Assembly (NCBI GenBank): GCA_009103225.1
Contig: RHPI01001037.1
Span: 1-64,000, forward strand
Reading direction: 5' to 3'
DNA: 64,000 bases
Source: Chlorokybus atmophyticus
Taxonomy: Eukaryota; Plantae; Mesostigma and Chlorokybus algae
Shown one piece after another: positions 9,285-23,382 of this stretch. The translations under genes and the position numbers were made by a program. The notes under the pieces are model-generated. The model was not told the DNA's origin. It worked only from the letters and a program-made list of their open reading frames with translations, and ran no database searches. How positions within the stretch are numbered: the stretch's first letter is position 1; every line of letters starts with the position of its first letter.

Positions 9285-11451
9285 ATGGCACGCAGGCGAG
9301 TGGCTGACGGCGCACCTCCCTTGTCGGTTCCAGTTGGGGCTTTGGTCTTCTTCCTCCTTTGCTGTGCGCAGTCAGTCAGTGCACGGCTGCTGGTGCAGAA
9401 TGGTTTGATACAGCAGCAAACACACTCCGCCTCAGGTAGTTTTCTGCTGTGCATGCGCTGTTTTGCATGACACTCGCCCACTCGCCTTGGAGAAATAGAC
9501 GGTGAGATGTATTTGGTATTAGGTATTAGAATTGCATGACTCATGCTGCCGCATGGAGACCATTGCCTTCTACTGTTGTGCAAGACATCTCAAACAGGTT
9601 CAACCAGCCGGCGCTGTGCTTAGCTCAGCTACACAGCACACACCATCATCATGAGCATCATCACCCGCTTGGCTACTTGCTGGTTTGATGCATGCATGTG
9701 CTTTGCGCTGAGAGATTTGTTCCACGATGTTTGATGTGCTGTTACTCATGTGTCTGTTCTGGGTCGCCAGGCGCTCGCTCTCTGCTAGCAGAACCTGAAT
9801 TCGAATCTGGTGGTAAGGTCTTTGCTGCGATGAACACAGTGTTGAAGCCGCAGATTGGCTGTGCATGCATGTTGGTTTGAAGTGACATCTGACTGTGTTC
9901 GCTGCAGCCTGCAACTTCATGTTTGGGAGCTTCCCATTCTATGCGGAGTCCTTCGTAGTGTACAGACCGAACGAGACGGTAATCAGCTACACTCTCGGAA
10001 GGATTGACGAGAGCGTAAAGCTGATTTCACTTGGCATCTTTGTTGGCGACTGCTTCTCTGACCCCAGCAACAACATCACCGGGTAAGTACTGATGTATCA
10101 CTGTTGTTCGGTCTGTTGTCATGATGCAACAGCTACCAACTGCTGGCTATTTACGTGCAGGTTTGAGTCTATCCCGGGGCGGTCGCCCACACTCACAAAA
10201 GTAGGTGCGTCCGACATCCTCATGTGGAATGTGAATTTTGGCGACAGCACCACAACAACCTACGAGTACACGGTCCCCGGACGCGTCAGCACGGGGCAGA
10301 CTCCCATTCAACTGGTGGATGCTGCAGGGTACATTGGCATGTCTGTATCATTGCTACCTTTGCATGCAAGGGCTTGTTCTTTACAATGTGTGTGTTTACA
10401 CGCCAATCCTGTGCAGATACAACATTCTTGGCCTCATTTGTGGGATGGTATGCAACGGCATCAACAACGCGCCTCCACTGCCGCCCACCACAGCCCCTCC
10501 CCCACTTGCACCTCCTCCAACACCACCCCCATCCCCACCCCCATCCCCAGCGCCTTTACCTGTGCCACCTGTGGCTCCTCCCACTCCTTCACCCTCACCC
10601 ATTGAGCCCAACCCTGGTATGCAACCCTCCAACTTGTGTTACCATGCTGTCAGTGTGCTTGCAACTTTGTAGCTGTGTTGAACCCAGGAGCTTAGCTATT
10701 TGTGTTCGGTGCGTGTCTCTACGTGGTGCAGTTTGCAACCCGCACTTCGGTACCGACGATGGAGTCTTCGTGTCTACCCTTAGCTTAACTACCGACAATG
10801 CAACCATTATTTCGTGGAGGGCCACAGCACTGGAAAGCAGCAGCGGAGCAACGGCATTCCGGGTAAGTAACATTTCCAACCCAACCCAACCGAACCAAAC
10901 CCAAGTTGTGCTGCTATTGCTTTGCTTGAGCGGTGTAACAAACATGCTATGTGGATGGTATATGTGGATGGTATATGTGTATCCTGGGTGTTGGGTGACT
11001 CAACGCGCACACCAGTGTGGGTGACACTTCTCACGCTTGTGTAATTGTATGTAGATGACCGGGTTTTTACTTGCAGGTGCAACTTCCGTCTTGCGTTGGC
11101 ACAACTTTGGCAGAGATCAGTTGGAGTGCAGAAGCATCTGATGGGAGCGAGCCTTATGCATCGGTGATATCTTTTAACGGGCAGCCCTTCTTGAGCTTTG
11201 ACATTGGTGTGAGCAGCGGTGGGTATGCGCAGTACCAGCTCGTGTATCCGGGCAATGTTCGGATATCGGCAACGCAAGCTCAGCTACAGCTCGCGTCTGG
11301 CATCATCGTGCCAATGCTTATTTGCGGAGGGTCGTGTTCGTCCGACGACAACTCCAGTCCGCCGGGTGATGGTGGTGGCAGCTATCCTCCTCCCCCGCCT
11401 CCACCACCTCCTGAATGGAGCACTATTCCTATGGAGACCCTTTCATTCTGA
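9285..11451 (+). CDS. Secreted chimeric proline-rich (HRGP-like) protein, about 6-7 exons
   Basis: Hydrophobic N-terminus (VPVGALVFFLLCCAQSVSAR), Cys-containing globular exons, Pro tract APPLPPTTAPPPLAPPPTPPPSPPPSPAP, C-terminal SYPPPPPPPPP; GT-AG junctions. Confidence 0.65.
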
Positions 11452-13650
11452 GAGTTGTTGCACCGGCGTGATCTGCATAACAGGGTAAGGGCGTTTGTGA
11501 GCGCAAAGTGGGCGTGTGCCTGGGCGTGCGTGTGTTTATGCATGCATGCGGTTGTGTGCTGCCTGGGCTGACACTGTCAGTTTGCTTTGTAGGTTGCGCT
11601 GTCTGGTCGTCTTAAAAAGCCACCCAGGCTGTTGCGCTATTTTGCGATCGCAAGTGAATAAGAAGGCCTGGTAATGAAGAAAAAATCTCAGGCGGGAAGT
11701 GATGTGCATGGCAGTCCATGTTTGCGGCAATGGCTTATTGCCTGTCAGCAGTGGCGCTACTTGGAGCTATATATGTGATATGGGTACAGTAAATGTGACA
11801 TTTTTGGCGTGTTGCAATTGTTGGCTGCACAGCAGCACAGAGCAGGGGGAGTTTGCTAGATGTAGTAGAGACATTGTGCATAGGTGTACAAAGTTGTATG
11901 TTTGTGGGGCTTGTAATTCTTGTGTACCTCAAGGAAGCTGCAAAGGATAAAAAACGCAGTTTAGTGTGTGGGCATCAAGGTGTGTTGCGGACATGCTTGT
12001 GCCTTGCGAGGAAGCATACTTGCAACACCTTCATGATTGTGTCTGCACGACTTTGAGCAGTCAATCAACAGTATGCGCGTGGCCTGTTAGATAATCCTAT
12101 TAATTGTTGAATGGCTAGTGTGTGTGTATGATCAGGTGGTTTCATTGTGTGAATGTTGGCTGTTAGCATGATCCCTGTGTATGGTAATTGCACTTTGTAA
12201 ACTATCTTTGCCCATGTAGTGGCTGTGTCTAGCTGTTGTAGGCGTTAGAGCGCTAATTTGGGCCCCTCTTCTTAAGCATCATTGCTGCTTGTTGGGTATG
12301 CGTGTGTGTGCGCGTGCGCGCAATGCATAAGGTATCAGTCATAGGGCAAACAAGCAGTCCAAATGCACCACAAGCAGCACCACAGACAACAACTAAACTA
12401 GCCACAAAGACAAAAACAGGCAACAGCAGCACTTCAATTAGCACAGGGGCTTTACAACTATGTGCACTACATGCAATATATGTGCTCTAGGCGAGGCAGT
12501 AGGATGCAGAGGCAAGCAGCAAGGCAGAAGCAACCTGACCACACAGGCATGCATGCAAGTCCTAGTCTGTAGCTCTGTATTACATGGCTTGGGACACAAC
12601 ACGCAGCATGTCGTGGCCTTGCACTGCTGCCACCCCCCGTGCTCACATGCAGGGTATAGCAACAGGTCACAGACCAAGTAGATAAGCAACAAGCATGTAG
12701 ACTCTTGCGTGGCGGCATGCAGCACCAACTATAGTTGCCATCATAAATACAATCCACTTATTAGGGGGCTTATTGCTTTGTGCAATGCTGTAGGCAGGGG
12801 CCTGCAAGACTGCTGGCTGGAAGTCACTGCCAGGTATAACATCATATAGCAATCTCATTCACAAAGTGTATGCTTGCATTACAAGCAGCATTAAGTTAAG
12901 TACAACCAACAAGTACTACACACGGGTTGAGCCAAACCCCTAAGCATGAACAACATCAAACAATATCACCATCTAACGGGCGAGAGCTCGCAGCGCACAG
13001 CCCACCATCACCACACCACAGTCCCCACCTGTGCCAAGAGCGCCACAGTGAGACAGTTGCTTTGCGGGTATATATTTACATAGGAGCAGGGCAGAGGTAG
13101 AGGTGAGCATGCAGCACAGGGGTGGTGGCGGCGACTGCGTCAATGCTCTACAGCCCCACGTGTGCTGCCCAAACACTACATGGTAGGCACCTGTATAGCG
13201 TATGCGCCGTTCTACATGTTTGTGCAGCGCATGTGAGAGAGTTCTCTCACAACATTGGAGACATGCTAACATGTCTCCAAGTCAGTTGGGCAACCGACAT
13301 AACGCGCAGCATCTGGTCAATCGATCTGCATCGCAGATATTCATCATCTGGACTGCACTTTGGTAGGAATCGTACGGTGTACTCTGCGCACAATAGCTAT
13401 GCACCAGAAAAACAAATCACTCACAAGGTAGGAACACATCCAGTCTGACCTGTGCACATGGAGACATTCGTGAATGCCCCAACCCGGGCCCACGCGATAT
13501 GCTACCAACAGTATAGTTCACTAGACACCACCTAACCACCCACAGCCAGCGCGACGGAACCTATAGCTCCATGCAGTTCGAACTAATCAGATATGCCTGA
13601 TGACCCTTCTCAAACTTGGCATAGTAACCTAGACTAGCAGTCCGACACGA

Positions 13651-16600
13651 TCAACTCGCATCGCCTTTCTTGGCTCTGAACCCTTCCCGCAAGTCCGAGA
13701 ACCGCTTGAAACACTGTGCCTTGGTCTTGCCCGGCACGGCCTGCGCGATGCGATCCCACCTCTGTGGCGTTTCTTTGGGGAACGCCTTGATGGCCTTCAC
13801 AAGTGCGAGCTCTTGAGCTTCTGACCAATCGCTGACTGGCGCAGATGCCGTGGCCTTGCTGCTGGGTTCAGGGGTTGAAGTCGGCTGTTCCTCCTGTGCC
13901 ATGCTTGCCACCTCAACTTCCACCCGTTCGGAGAGTGGGGATGCTATCGGCGCTGCTGCGCCAGGCTTGCGGTCTTGCAAGAATTTGTCAAAGGCACTGG
14001 CATCAGTCGGCTTTATATCCGCAATTCCGAGCTTGACCATGGCCAGCACCTCGTCGACACTGCGAAGAAGAAAACTTACTGTCAGCGACACATTGAATCC
14101 ATTTGTCCACAAGCCTGCTGTGATGTCAGCAGACTTTGCATTGAGAGAACCCACCCTCTGCTAATGTATTGAGCCACAACTTCCCATCGCTGGCGGGTGC
14201 CGCGTGGAAACTTCAACATGGCTTTGTGTAGTAGCATGTGGTCCTCGCGGGTCCACGGTTTCGTGTGCGCGGTGTCCCCATTTGCTTGAGCTTCTGAAAG
14301 CGACGGTTCAGCCGGTTGCGGCACATCTGAGCTGGGAACCTCCCTCCCATTTTCTTTCGGGCCAGCTGCTGCGGTTGTGCCTGCGGCTGCTGCCGCTGCT
14401 TCCGCGCTGCTGGATGGTGGTGGTTGCTGAGGATTTTCAATAGCGGACTGTATCAATGTCAGCGTCTGCTGAGGGTTGGTTGTGGCGCTGTCGCATAGCC
14501 ACCGCAACCCATCAATGTCCATGGCAGTACATAGGTCTTCGAGAGCTTCAAGCGATACTGATGGGCCAGAGTTCTGTGACAAACATGCGTTAATCAAGCT
14601 TTACAAAACGGCCAACAGCAGTGAAGTGCATTGCATATCGCGTAATTTGCTGCAAGAACTGCATATGAGCAACATGAATGTGCCAACGTATGAGCAAAAA
14701 CTACAACGCACCTGGGGTGCTTCAGCATGCAGCGACCGCAACCTTGCACGCTCTCTTCTGAGCGCCTTCTTGTCCTTCTCTCTCTGCTTCTTGTTTGCTG
14801 CTGCCTCCAACGCTCTCAAGCGTTCAGCCTCGTCTCTCCGCTCCTGTTCTTCGCGCTCGGCGCGCACTAGCTCCTCGGCTGCCTTTCGCTTGGCGTCAAC
14901 CTTCGCTTGCTTCTTGCGGAGCCGCTCGGCCTTCTCCTCGTCTTTGCGCCGCTGTATTCTGGGATCCAGACGGTATGCAGTTTCCACCAGACTGCGCAAT
15001 CGCGCATACTCCTCCTTTTTCGCCTTCTCACGCAACTTTGCATTCTGCCTCTCCATCCAACGCTTGTGCTCTCTGCTCTCAGCCTGCTCCAGATCAAAGT
15101 CCTCTTCGTTGGGGAATTCCCGCCAAGACTTGAACGCATACCAGAAGTCATAAAACCTGCGACAAAGAGAAACAAGATGAGGAACACATGCTGAGAAGCA
15201 GCTGCGAACATTATGCCACAACGGCAACAAACTCAGACAACTGCCACATCAGTCACAAATGCATACTTGTCAACGTCGTCATAAGAAGAAGCCTCTTCTC
15301 CCAGTTCGGGAACGGGCTGCACATTCGACCAGCGAGCATTTCTGTGGAAAGCAGGCACAAAAACGCGGAAAAAGTCGCCAGGTGCGCAGTCCACAGGAAC
15401 ATCATCGTCAAACTCATCGGTGGAGTCATATACCCTCCGCCGGACCGGGTCAGACAAAACCTCGTAAGCTGTTTGCACAGCTTTGAACAGTGTCTCAGCC
15501 TCCTCTTTGGCCGCCTCACCAGCTTCAGCCAAAGCAGCGGCCTAATAGCACACACAGCATGCTAAGGCTTTGAAACAACTGTGTCGGCCAATCAGCATTC
15601 CCACCCAGCTGTTGCAAAAACGCATGAAGACCATGTTACGATGGTCCTGCCCACAGAACTGACGCCAACAATGCGATGCTGGGAAGCACTACGCAAATTG
15701 CGCACAGCATATAAATATATGAAGTACCGAGTACTGAGTAACTTGCACATGCTGTACAAAGTATGAAGTGAATGCTGCTGCAATCTTGTTCGACCCACAA
15801 GCTTCTGGAACACACTGGTTCAGTTCGCTTGATCAAGCCTGCCGCAAAACACAGCAATCACCTGCTTGTCCGGATGGTGCTTTAGAGCTGCCTCTCGGTA
15901 TGCTTTACGAATCTGGTCGTCAGTAGCCAAGTAGCGCAGATGGCTCAAACCCAATAGCGCGTAGTAGTCTTCGACTTCCCCCCCCTTCTCACCATCCTTC
16001 TTCTTTCGCCTGCCCCTCTGGCCTTCCCACCTAACATCGCTCTCCTTCTCTGCTTTGTCTTCTGAAACCTTCTCCTCAACCTGTCAACACACAATAAGCA
16101 TTCAGCTCAGCACATGGATGCTGGTCATGCTCGCGTCTTCACAGGGAAGTGAATCAGCTGCATGCTATTACAGCCGTTGCTGTGTGACAAACACGCTATA
16201 ACTACTATGAATATCTACAACAGCGCAACTGCTGACTACTTGCTCACACTTCCAATGTGAAGGACTGAAAGCAATGCCGCCAATCAGCATACATGAGAAC
16301 TAGTCAATACTAGCAATCGCAACATGTAATGCCAAGGTGCGGGGTAAGAATAGCGCTGGACCTGCTGGCGGACACATAAGGCATGGCATGGTGTTCCGCA
16401 ACAGCATAGCGCGCAGCCATGCTGCTATTGTTAATCCCAGACCTAGCTGGTAACAGCTTTCTCGTGCATTACCAGTCAACAATGCAGGGCCTGTAGTTCT
16501 TGCAGCACACAAGATACCCTTACAGCTCCTACAACTGCATGCTGAAACACCATACAGCGCTCACTGAGCATGCCTAAACACAGCATGAGCAGCAAGCACC

Positions 16601-17067
16601 AGTTGGACTTGCACAGCTTGCGTCTCAGCAGGACAGATTGCAACTGCCAGAATGCATGCTTCACACAGCAGTCGCTGCAGTTGCCTACACCATCTGCCCT
16701 GAGCGTATGCGTGTGAAGAGTAGTGCTTGGCTATGATGATCGCAAGGTCATGCAAAACAACTGCACAGCATGCTTTGGGGCGTTGCAGGCACACTGCCTT
16801 AGCCCATAAGCACAACAGGCAATCCTCCTGGAGTGAGAGCCACGAAAAGTCAAGCAAATAAACGTATTATCCGTCAGATCTAATCCCTTCAGTCACCTCT
16901 TGCTTGAGGAAGCCACTCTGGGCGAGAGCAGCTTCGTGGAAGCGAATGCCAGCCGGCTCGGCTTTGTGCAGCTGCGCGAGGGGCGCGTTGCCGGCGACCA
17001 CCTCCAGGCCGCCCTCCGGCACGAGGGCTGGGTCGTACGCGATCACCCGCACCCGCCGGCGAGACAT
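13651..17067 (-). CDS. DNAJC2: DnaJ homolog subfamily C member 2 (zuotin/MPP11/ZRF1-type), 6 exons
   Basis: J domain DYYALLGL...HHPDKQ...AYEVLSDPVRRRVYDS; zuotin region FYDFWYAFKSWREF...AESREHKRWMERQN; two SANT domains (WTREDHMLLHKAMLKFPRGTRQRWE; WSEAQELALVKAIKAFPKETPQRWDRIA). Confidence 0.95.
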
Positions 17068-19210
17068 ACTCGCGGCCAGACCGGCACCGGCGCCGCCGCC
17101 ACCGCCGCCTCGAACGCCGCCGCCGCCGCCGCCGCCACCGGGCGACAGTCTCACATTGCCCACTGCACTGCTGCGTATGCGCGGAAGCAGTGGGGTGCGT
17201 TCGTGTGCTGGGCATCCGGTCCATCGCTCCTTCCGTCGACCTGTCGGAACTTCCGCTGTGGCGGCCGCCGTTGCACTTTCCTTCGTTCATTACGCCTTTG
17301 ACCAAGTACAACAACACTCCATTACATGATCACATTGCAAGTGTTTATATATGCTGCCAACCATGCCTAACATAGCACATTACTACAACGTGACCAAGTA
17401 CCGTAGTGCCACAAATTCGGTACATCACGATTTACACTCATTATGTGGAGGTAATTTGCATTTCAACCTTTTACTGCCATAACCATGCATGGATTCATTG
17501 ATTGATGTTAGCGTTACCGAGGCCTTTGTTAATGTACTTATTATACAACTCAACTCACTCTGATGTATCTTGAGGTCGTGATATATGTATCACTATGTTA
17601 AAACGCTAGTATATCAACGTACGGCAGTGCTCTGTGGTATTCAAGTATGATTCGTGATTTAGATAAAAAAAGCAATGTAATGAGTATGTAATAACAATAT
17701 GGCTCGCAACGCATGGCATAGATTGACAATATGCAATATTATTATACTAATCTGTAATAAACGAATGTTGCCCATAATAAGAGAGTTGTTAAAATATACT
17801 CGCATGAAGTCATTACAAAGATCCATTGTGCATATAAAAGTACGATTAGAAAAGGGGGAGGGGGAATAGCATTGAGTCATGCAATCTAAACATTGATATG
17901 CTTTGTTTTTTGAAATAATCTTTTTACGATTTATGTGAAGCGCATTGGGTGTTCAAACTTACATGTGGTGAAATCTTCAATTTTATATATTTACGCGAGT
18001 TGCGTTTATATTTGCCAATTATGGTATATAGTACATGCTGGTTATGATAAATGCAATGCACTATTTCGTAAAGGTATAGTGCGCGTATTGAGTAGTAGAA
18101 GGTAAAGAATTATGCAGTGTAGTGCTTTTTTGGAGCAATCTTTGATAGGGTACGGTAAAAAACTATGCAATGTGGTGTCTATGTGATATAACGTGACTGT
18201 TTTAGCATAATAATGACAATTACTGTCATCATCATCATTCAACAGTGTGTTCGCTAATACATGTATATATTACATATTTCAACACTATAATATACTATTG
18301 ACATGTTATTCGTAACGTTCATCAACACATATTATGATGTAGGGATAGTATGAAAGAGCATACACTGTACGGCTTCTTACTTTTGATTCTAGCAACTTGC
18401 TAATGTAACGAATGATAATGTTTATATAGAAGTAATGAATCCCGATGCTAAAAAAGTATGTGCTAGCTACTATCCGACCGCACATGTTTTAATAAGCATA
18501 AAAGATATCGAGCGCCTATAACAATACGCTACAAGTTTCTTCAGCATGTGCGCAAGCAACAATGTAGCGCATGTATTGACAATGAACTCGAGCGCACTCG
18601 GTGCAAAGTCGATTCTTACTCGCCAAGAATAGGGCACCCCCACCAGCGCACAAAGTATTCATCAATTGACGCAAACACAAACATGTGTGTTCAGTTGCCA
18701 TGTAACCTTAAGAATCGACGTAATAGTTCTTCGTAGCGAAGTCCACCATACAAGGGCACAGAACTACGCAGGCTGAGCTTACATGTTATTGATGGCATCA
18801 TCGTCGTTGTCGTTGTCGTTGTCGGGTGTGTGAACAGAAAGCTCAAGGCATGTGCCATGTTCGGAGAGCATGCATGGCATATTGTGTGTACAAGTGGGTT
18901 GCATTGCACACGTGTGATGCATGCAAAAGTTGATGAACGTCTGCATTTTGCTGTTTGCAGTTCAGACATCAGCATGCTGCGTGTTGCTGCCGGCTACATC
19001 AACCATGGTGGAGCAGAATCAGATTATATTATATATATAATAGATGTAGCCTACAGGTTCCTATGTTGTTGCGCATGCGTGTTTTCCCCCCCATGAAAGG
19101 TGCAAATGCGGGTTCAGACATGTGCATAGCAATCCTTGTTCACGAGCAAGTGAGCACTCCACATCAACCAGCAACTAGTTCTACCTCTGCATAAAAAAAG
19201 CATGTGAGCA

Positions 19211-22200
19211 CTACCGATTTCTACCAAAATCAAAGGATGGTAGCCTTTCTGCACTTTGGGCTTGTGTGAATATGAGTGCAGCAGCCATGGCTGCGAAGGG
19301 TAGAATCAACAGCCACTTCAGCGCCCGATAGAAGTGCATGTGAAAGGAAACCGTGAAGGAGTCCGTAAACACGGTGCGGTGTTCGTCTTCCATCTCCAGC
19401 ATGATGGTTGCATACGCCCTGTGCTTGGGGCACTCTAGCTTTACAGTGTACACCCCTGGCGTCTTATACACATAATGCGTGCGCTCTGAATGCCAGCGTC
19501 CACCAAGCACAGAGATCTATTGAAGTAACACAAGCTAGTGTCAATGGTTTGTGCGATGCAGCACACACAGCTTGCAGACGCATACAACACTTCGCGGTCA
19601 ACTCACTGTCACAGAGTAGATGCCGTCGGCTTTAGTTGAATAGATAGTCTTCACCACTGATGGCCGCTTGTCCACAATTTCAAACTGCACGGTCATTGTC
19701 TCACCGGCTATGTCACGGTGGTTGCGACTGCCTTTCAGCGCAAAGATGCCTTCCCTGCCATACCTAACAGCAAAGCCATGCCCAGCAGGTACCTGCAGAT
19801 TACTGCATATAAGACCATGCAACGCACAAGGATGTGCGGCTGATGTGTGATGACCATGCAGCCAGCATCAAGCGCTTTGCGACAACTGACCCTGTCAGTA
19901 CCAACAAGAGCAAACAAAGCAAGCAGGCAGCACCCATCACCGTTGAGCTGCACTCGGACCTGAGCTGGCCATGCTTTGAGGGGATGATACTTTGCAGGCG
20001 TTTCAAAGCACAGAACGTTGCCGTTCATGGTGGTAACTATCAGGTCCAGGTAGCCGTTGTTGTCGACGTCATCGGCAAGGACCATGCTGTACGCTGTCTC
20101 ACCAACATCAAGGGTATCTGCGCATGCTTCTGCACCATCCACGAGGTAAACATACCTGCATGCGCACAGAAACACAGTCGATACCATAGACAAAATGTAC
20201 TTGTAATACAGGTACGTTTTCGGTGCAAAGGTCTGACCTTGCACGAGTAGTATACAGCAGCAATATATGCAGAACTTACCCATCAAAAGATGGAACGACA
20301 AGATGCGATTGTGGGCGATCATTCAGCAGCTTTACTATCAGCACTTGTGCCATCACCCTCCCATGCGTCTTGTACGGGAAAGGAGCAACTGTCGTCCCAT
20401 CCTGCAGGACATCCCATATTAACCATACCAAGCAGGAACGCGTACTTTACTGGACATGCACAACTGTTGTCACGTGCTCCCACCTTGCCGCGCAACACAT
20501 ATATGTGGCCGGAAGAAGTGCCAAACACCACCTCCACCTCACCATCTCCATTGACATCACCAAAGGTGGCGCCTTGAGCTATGAGACTGCCAACGTGACG
20601 CTCCCAAATCTCCTGACCTCTCCAATTGAACGCAGCAACGTTGCCTAGAATGTCGCATGCCACAATCTCCAGATACCCGTCATCGTTGATATCAGCCACG
20701 GCCACCTGCAACACACAAATGGCTTCAGTGCCAACGTTTGCCACATGATCGCCTATATGTAAGTAGCAGGCATCACATATGCTGCAGCTTAACACCCTCC
20801 GTATCATTTCATCCACTTACTTGGCCCTGTATCTCGCCCATCTGAATGGGGAAGTTTTCACGAGGCTTGCCGTCTGAATTGAGCACATAGATGAAACCAA
20901 CTGAGGTGCCGACAATGATTTCATACAAGCCATCACCATCCAGATCCGCAACGGTAGGCGCGGAGTAGATGTAAGCGCGGAAGCGAGTCTGATCAGTTGT
21001 GAGGTCCAAGTGTATGCTCCATTTGATGGACTTGCGAACCATATCGAAGACAACTACGCCTCCAGCAACATACTTGGTCTTATCAATGTCTGCCGGAAGC
21101 TCTGAGGAATGCTCTTTTTCGCTGTAATATTCGCGATCGTAGAAGTAAGACACAGCAACCACAAGCTCGTCAACATCATCGCCGTCGATGTTGGCAATGA
21201 CAGGCGTGCAAAGAATATGCGCATCCACCGACACATAATTGTCTGGCGCTTGGTGAGAATCTTCCTGGAACTCCTCATCCCCCCAATACTTCTCCCAGTC
21301 GACATAGTGATCGTGCTCGTCATACCCGTTGTCAAAGTTATAGACTTCATCGTGTGTCTGAGAATTCCAAGGCTCATCCTCCCAAAGCTCCTCAAACCTG
21401 CTCCACACATGGCTGTCAAAACCACAACCACAACAAGTACAGTATATGCAGTGAAGCTGCTACAAAAGTGGTAGCCCACTTTTCATCCCCGTTGCCGTAT
21501 TGAGGGTCTGTATACTGCTCAACGTCCTCATCAGCATCCTCCATCGACTCAAGGAAATTGTCATCGGCGTGCCAGAGGCGATCAGCATCATCATTCATAG
21601 TCTCCCACTTCTCATCATCGAGCTGCTCTTCAACATTCGCATCGACCATGTCCTCGTCAGCCATCAACCTGCGCCTTGCACTGCCGACAGCAGCAGTCGC
21701 ATTCACCTCTTCGGCAACAGTGCCATTGCTCACCACTTCACTTGTTACTGTTGTATTGCTCTCCAAACTAGCTGAAACAACCTGTGGACTCTCCGCGGGT
21801 GCTTCGATTCCGGTATCATTATTGGCTACCTGCTTTGTTGCTTCGCTCTCAGTGTCACGATCTATTGTGTTGCCGATCGCAACTGTTGAAGGTGTGTCCG
21901 CTGAAGGCTTATGTGCTGATGTCTCGTTTGCCATAGGCTTATCTGCTACTGTCTCTTTTGCCACAGGCTTATCGACTGCGGGCTTGTCAGTCAAGAGTTT
22001 GTCTTTTTCTGATGCATGCAGTATCTGATCTATCAAAGGGGCGCCAACGTCGGGATGGCTGTGATCCACATGGTCTTTGTTCAGGCCCACGTACCAGTCC
22101 TTGCGCACTTGAAGCCTTGGGACCTCAAGCTTGTGAGAAAATTGTATCCCAGTCTCGCTGTCAGCGGGCGTCAGAAGAGCTTGTGAGTAGGCCAGCGGCT

Positions 22201-23288
22201 ACAACAATGGATGCACAAGTTGTCTAACAGCACTAACCTGTACACAAGTATTTCTCCAGCATAAGTGGCTAACAGCACATCCAGCGTGCCATCTCCGTCG
22301 TAGTCGTACAGCAAGGGGCTAGCATGCGCATGGGACTTGTGGAAGGCTGGCCATCCTGTGTCAATGCAGAATGACACAAAGAGACCATAACGCACACACA
22401 GGCAGCAATGCAGCACAGCGAAAGTCCACATCTAGCCACCACTTTTTGTCAGACTGACCTGCGAGTTTGGCGCCATCACTGCCGTCCATGACGTCAATGT
22501 AGTGTACAAAAGTAGGCACAATGACATCCTTCTGGCCCTCGCTGGTGAGATCCGCGATGACCGGCGTGGCATATATGCTTGAACTCGCCTCAGCTGCCCA
22601 CCGCAGCTGCGCGTTGACGGGGCATGTCGTGTCCCCGAAAGGAGGCACCTCATCACTGCAAACAGAGCGAAACATCAACCCAGCTCAGAGCATATTGCCG
22701 CATTGCAAAGAACTACGACTACTACTAACAATGATAATGATGTCATTAATAATGTTATTCTCAACAAGTGGCATGTTATATGCGAGGTCATACTTCCAGT
22801 CTACAAGCCTTGACCTGGACTTGCTCACACACGTGCATAACAAACTGGTAAAATTGATGTAGACAGGTCTGTCAGACATCTCGGGGAGAACCCACTCATA
22901 CACATATGCGTGTATACACAAAAACGACCATTTGAACTGGCAAATTGGGTGACATGCATTGATGATAGCAATGGTTCAGCAAATTGGGTGACATAGTTTG
23001 ATTACAGCGCTAATTGTTCGCCTTGACCAGCTAGTATTGCACTTTGTTTGATGCACGTATTGCATGCAACAATTCGCCAACGTACGGGGTGTCAGCCTCC
23101 GAGTCGGTAGCTTTGCGTTGGAGGAATTTGTTGTCGGAGGCGTTGACAGCGTCGTCGTGGGCGACGGAGGACAGCTGAGCGGCCGCCTGCCAACAGTTGC
23201 GGTGAGCGCCGTGTTCTAGCAGGAGCAGCCACGCCAGCACCCAGGCGACAGCTGCCCTGCGGCCTGCCGCCCGCCCGTTCATCACCAT
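19211..23288 (-). CDS. DEX1: DEFECTIVE IN EXINE FORMATION 1-like FG-GAP repeat membrane protein, multi-exon
   Basis: Signal peptide; [12 protein letters not shown]; [23 protein letters not shown]; [20 protein letters not shown]; [16 protein letters not shown]; [18 protein letters not shown]; C-terminal [19 protein letters not shown]. Confidence 0.93.
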
Positions 23289-23382
23289 CGCCGCCGCCTG
23301 CTCCTCCCCATCCGCCTGCCAGCCCCTAGACAAACACACAAACTTGCAGGTTGATGTTGTCGTCGTTGTTGCTGTTGTCAGC

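Noticed and set aside
14476-15153. 225-aa plus-strand ORF and other long ORFs antisense to DNAJC2, DEX1, At1g36990-type and XEG113-like exons
   Set aside because: Shadow ORFs of GC-rich coding exons on the opposite strand.
17068-17163. Gly-rich N-terminal extension of DNAJC2 from an upstream in-frame ATG
   Set aside because: Made of GCC/GGC repeats typical of leaders; family similarity begins at Met 17067. Not excluded, but unsupported.
17399-18157. Old MITE with TACCGTA...TACGGTA ends around an AT-rich block
   Set aside because: Terminal match is only 7 bp; could be chance.
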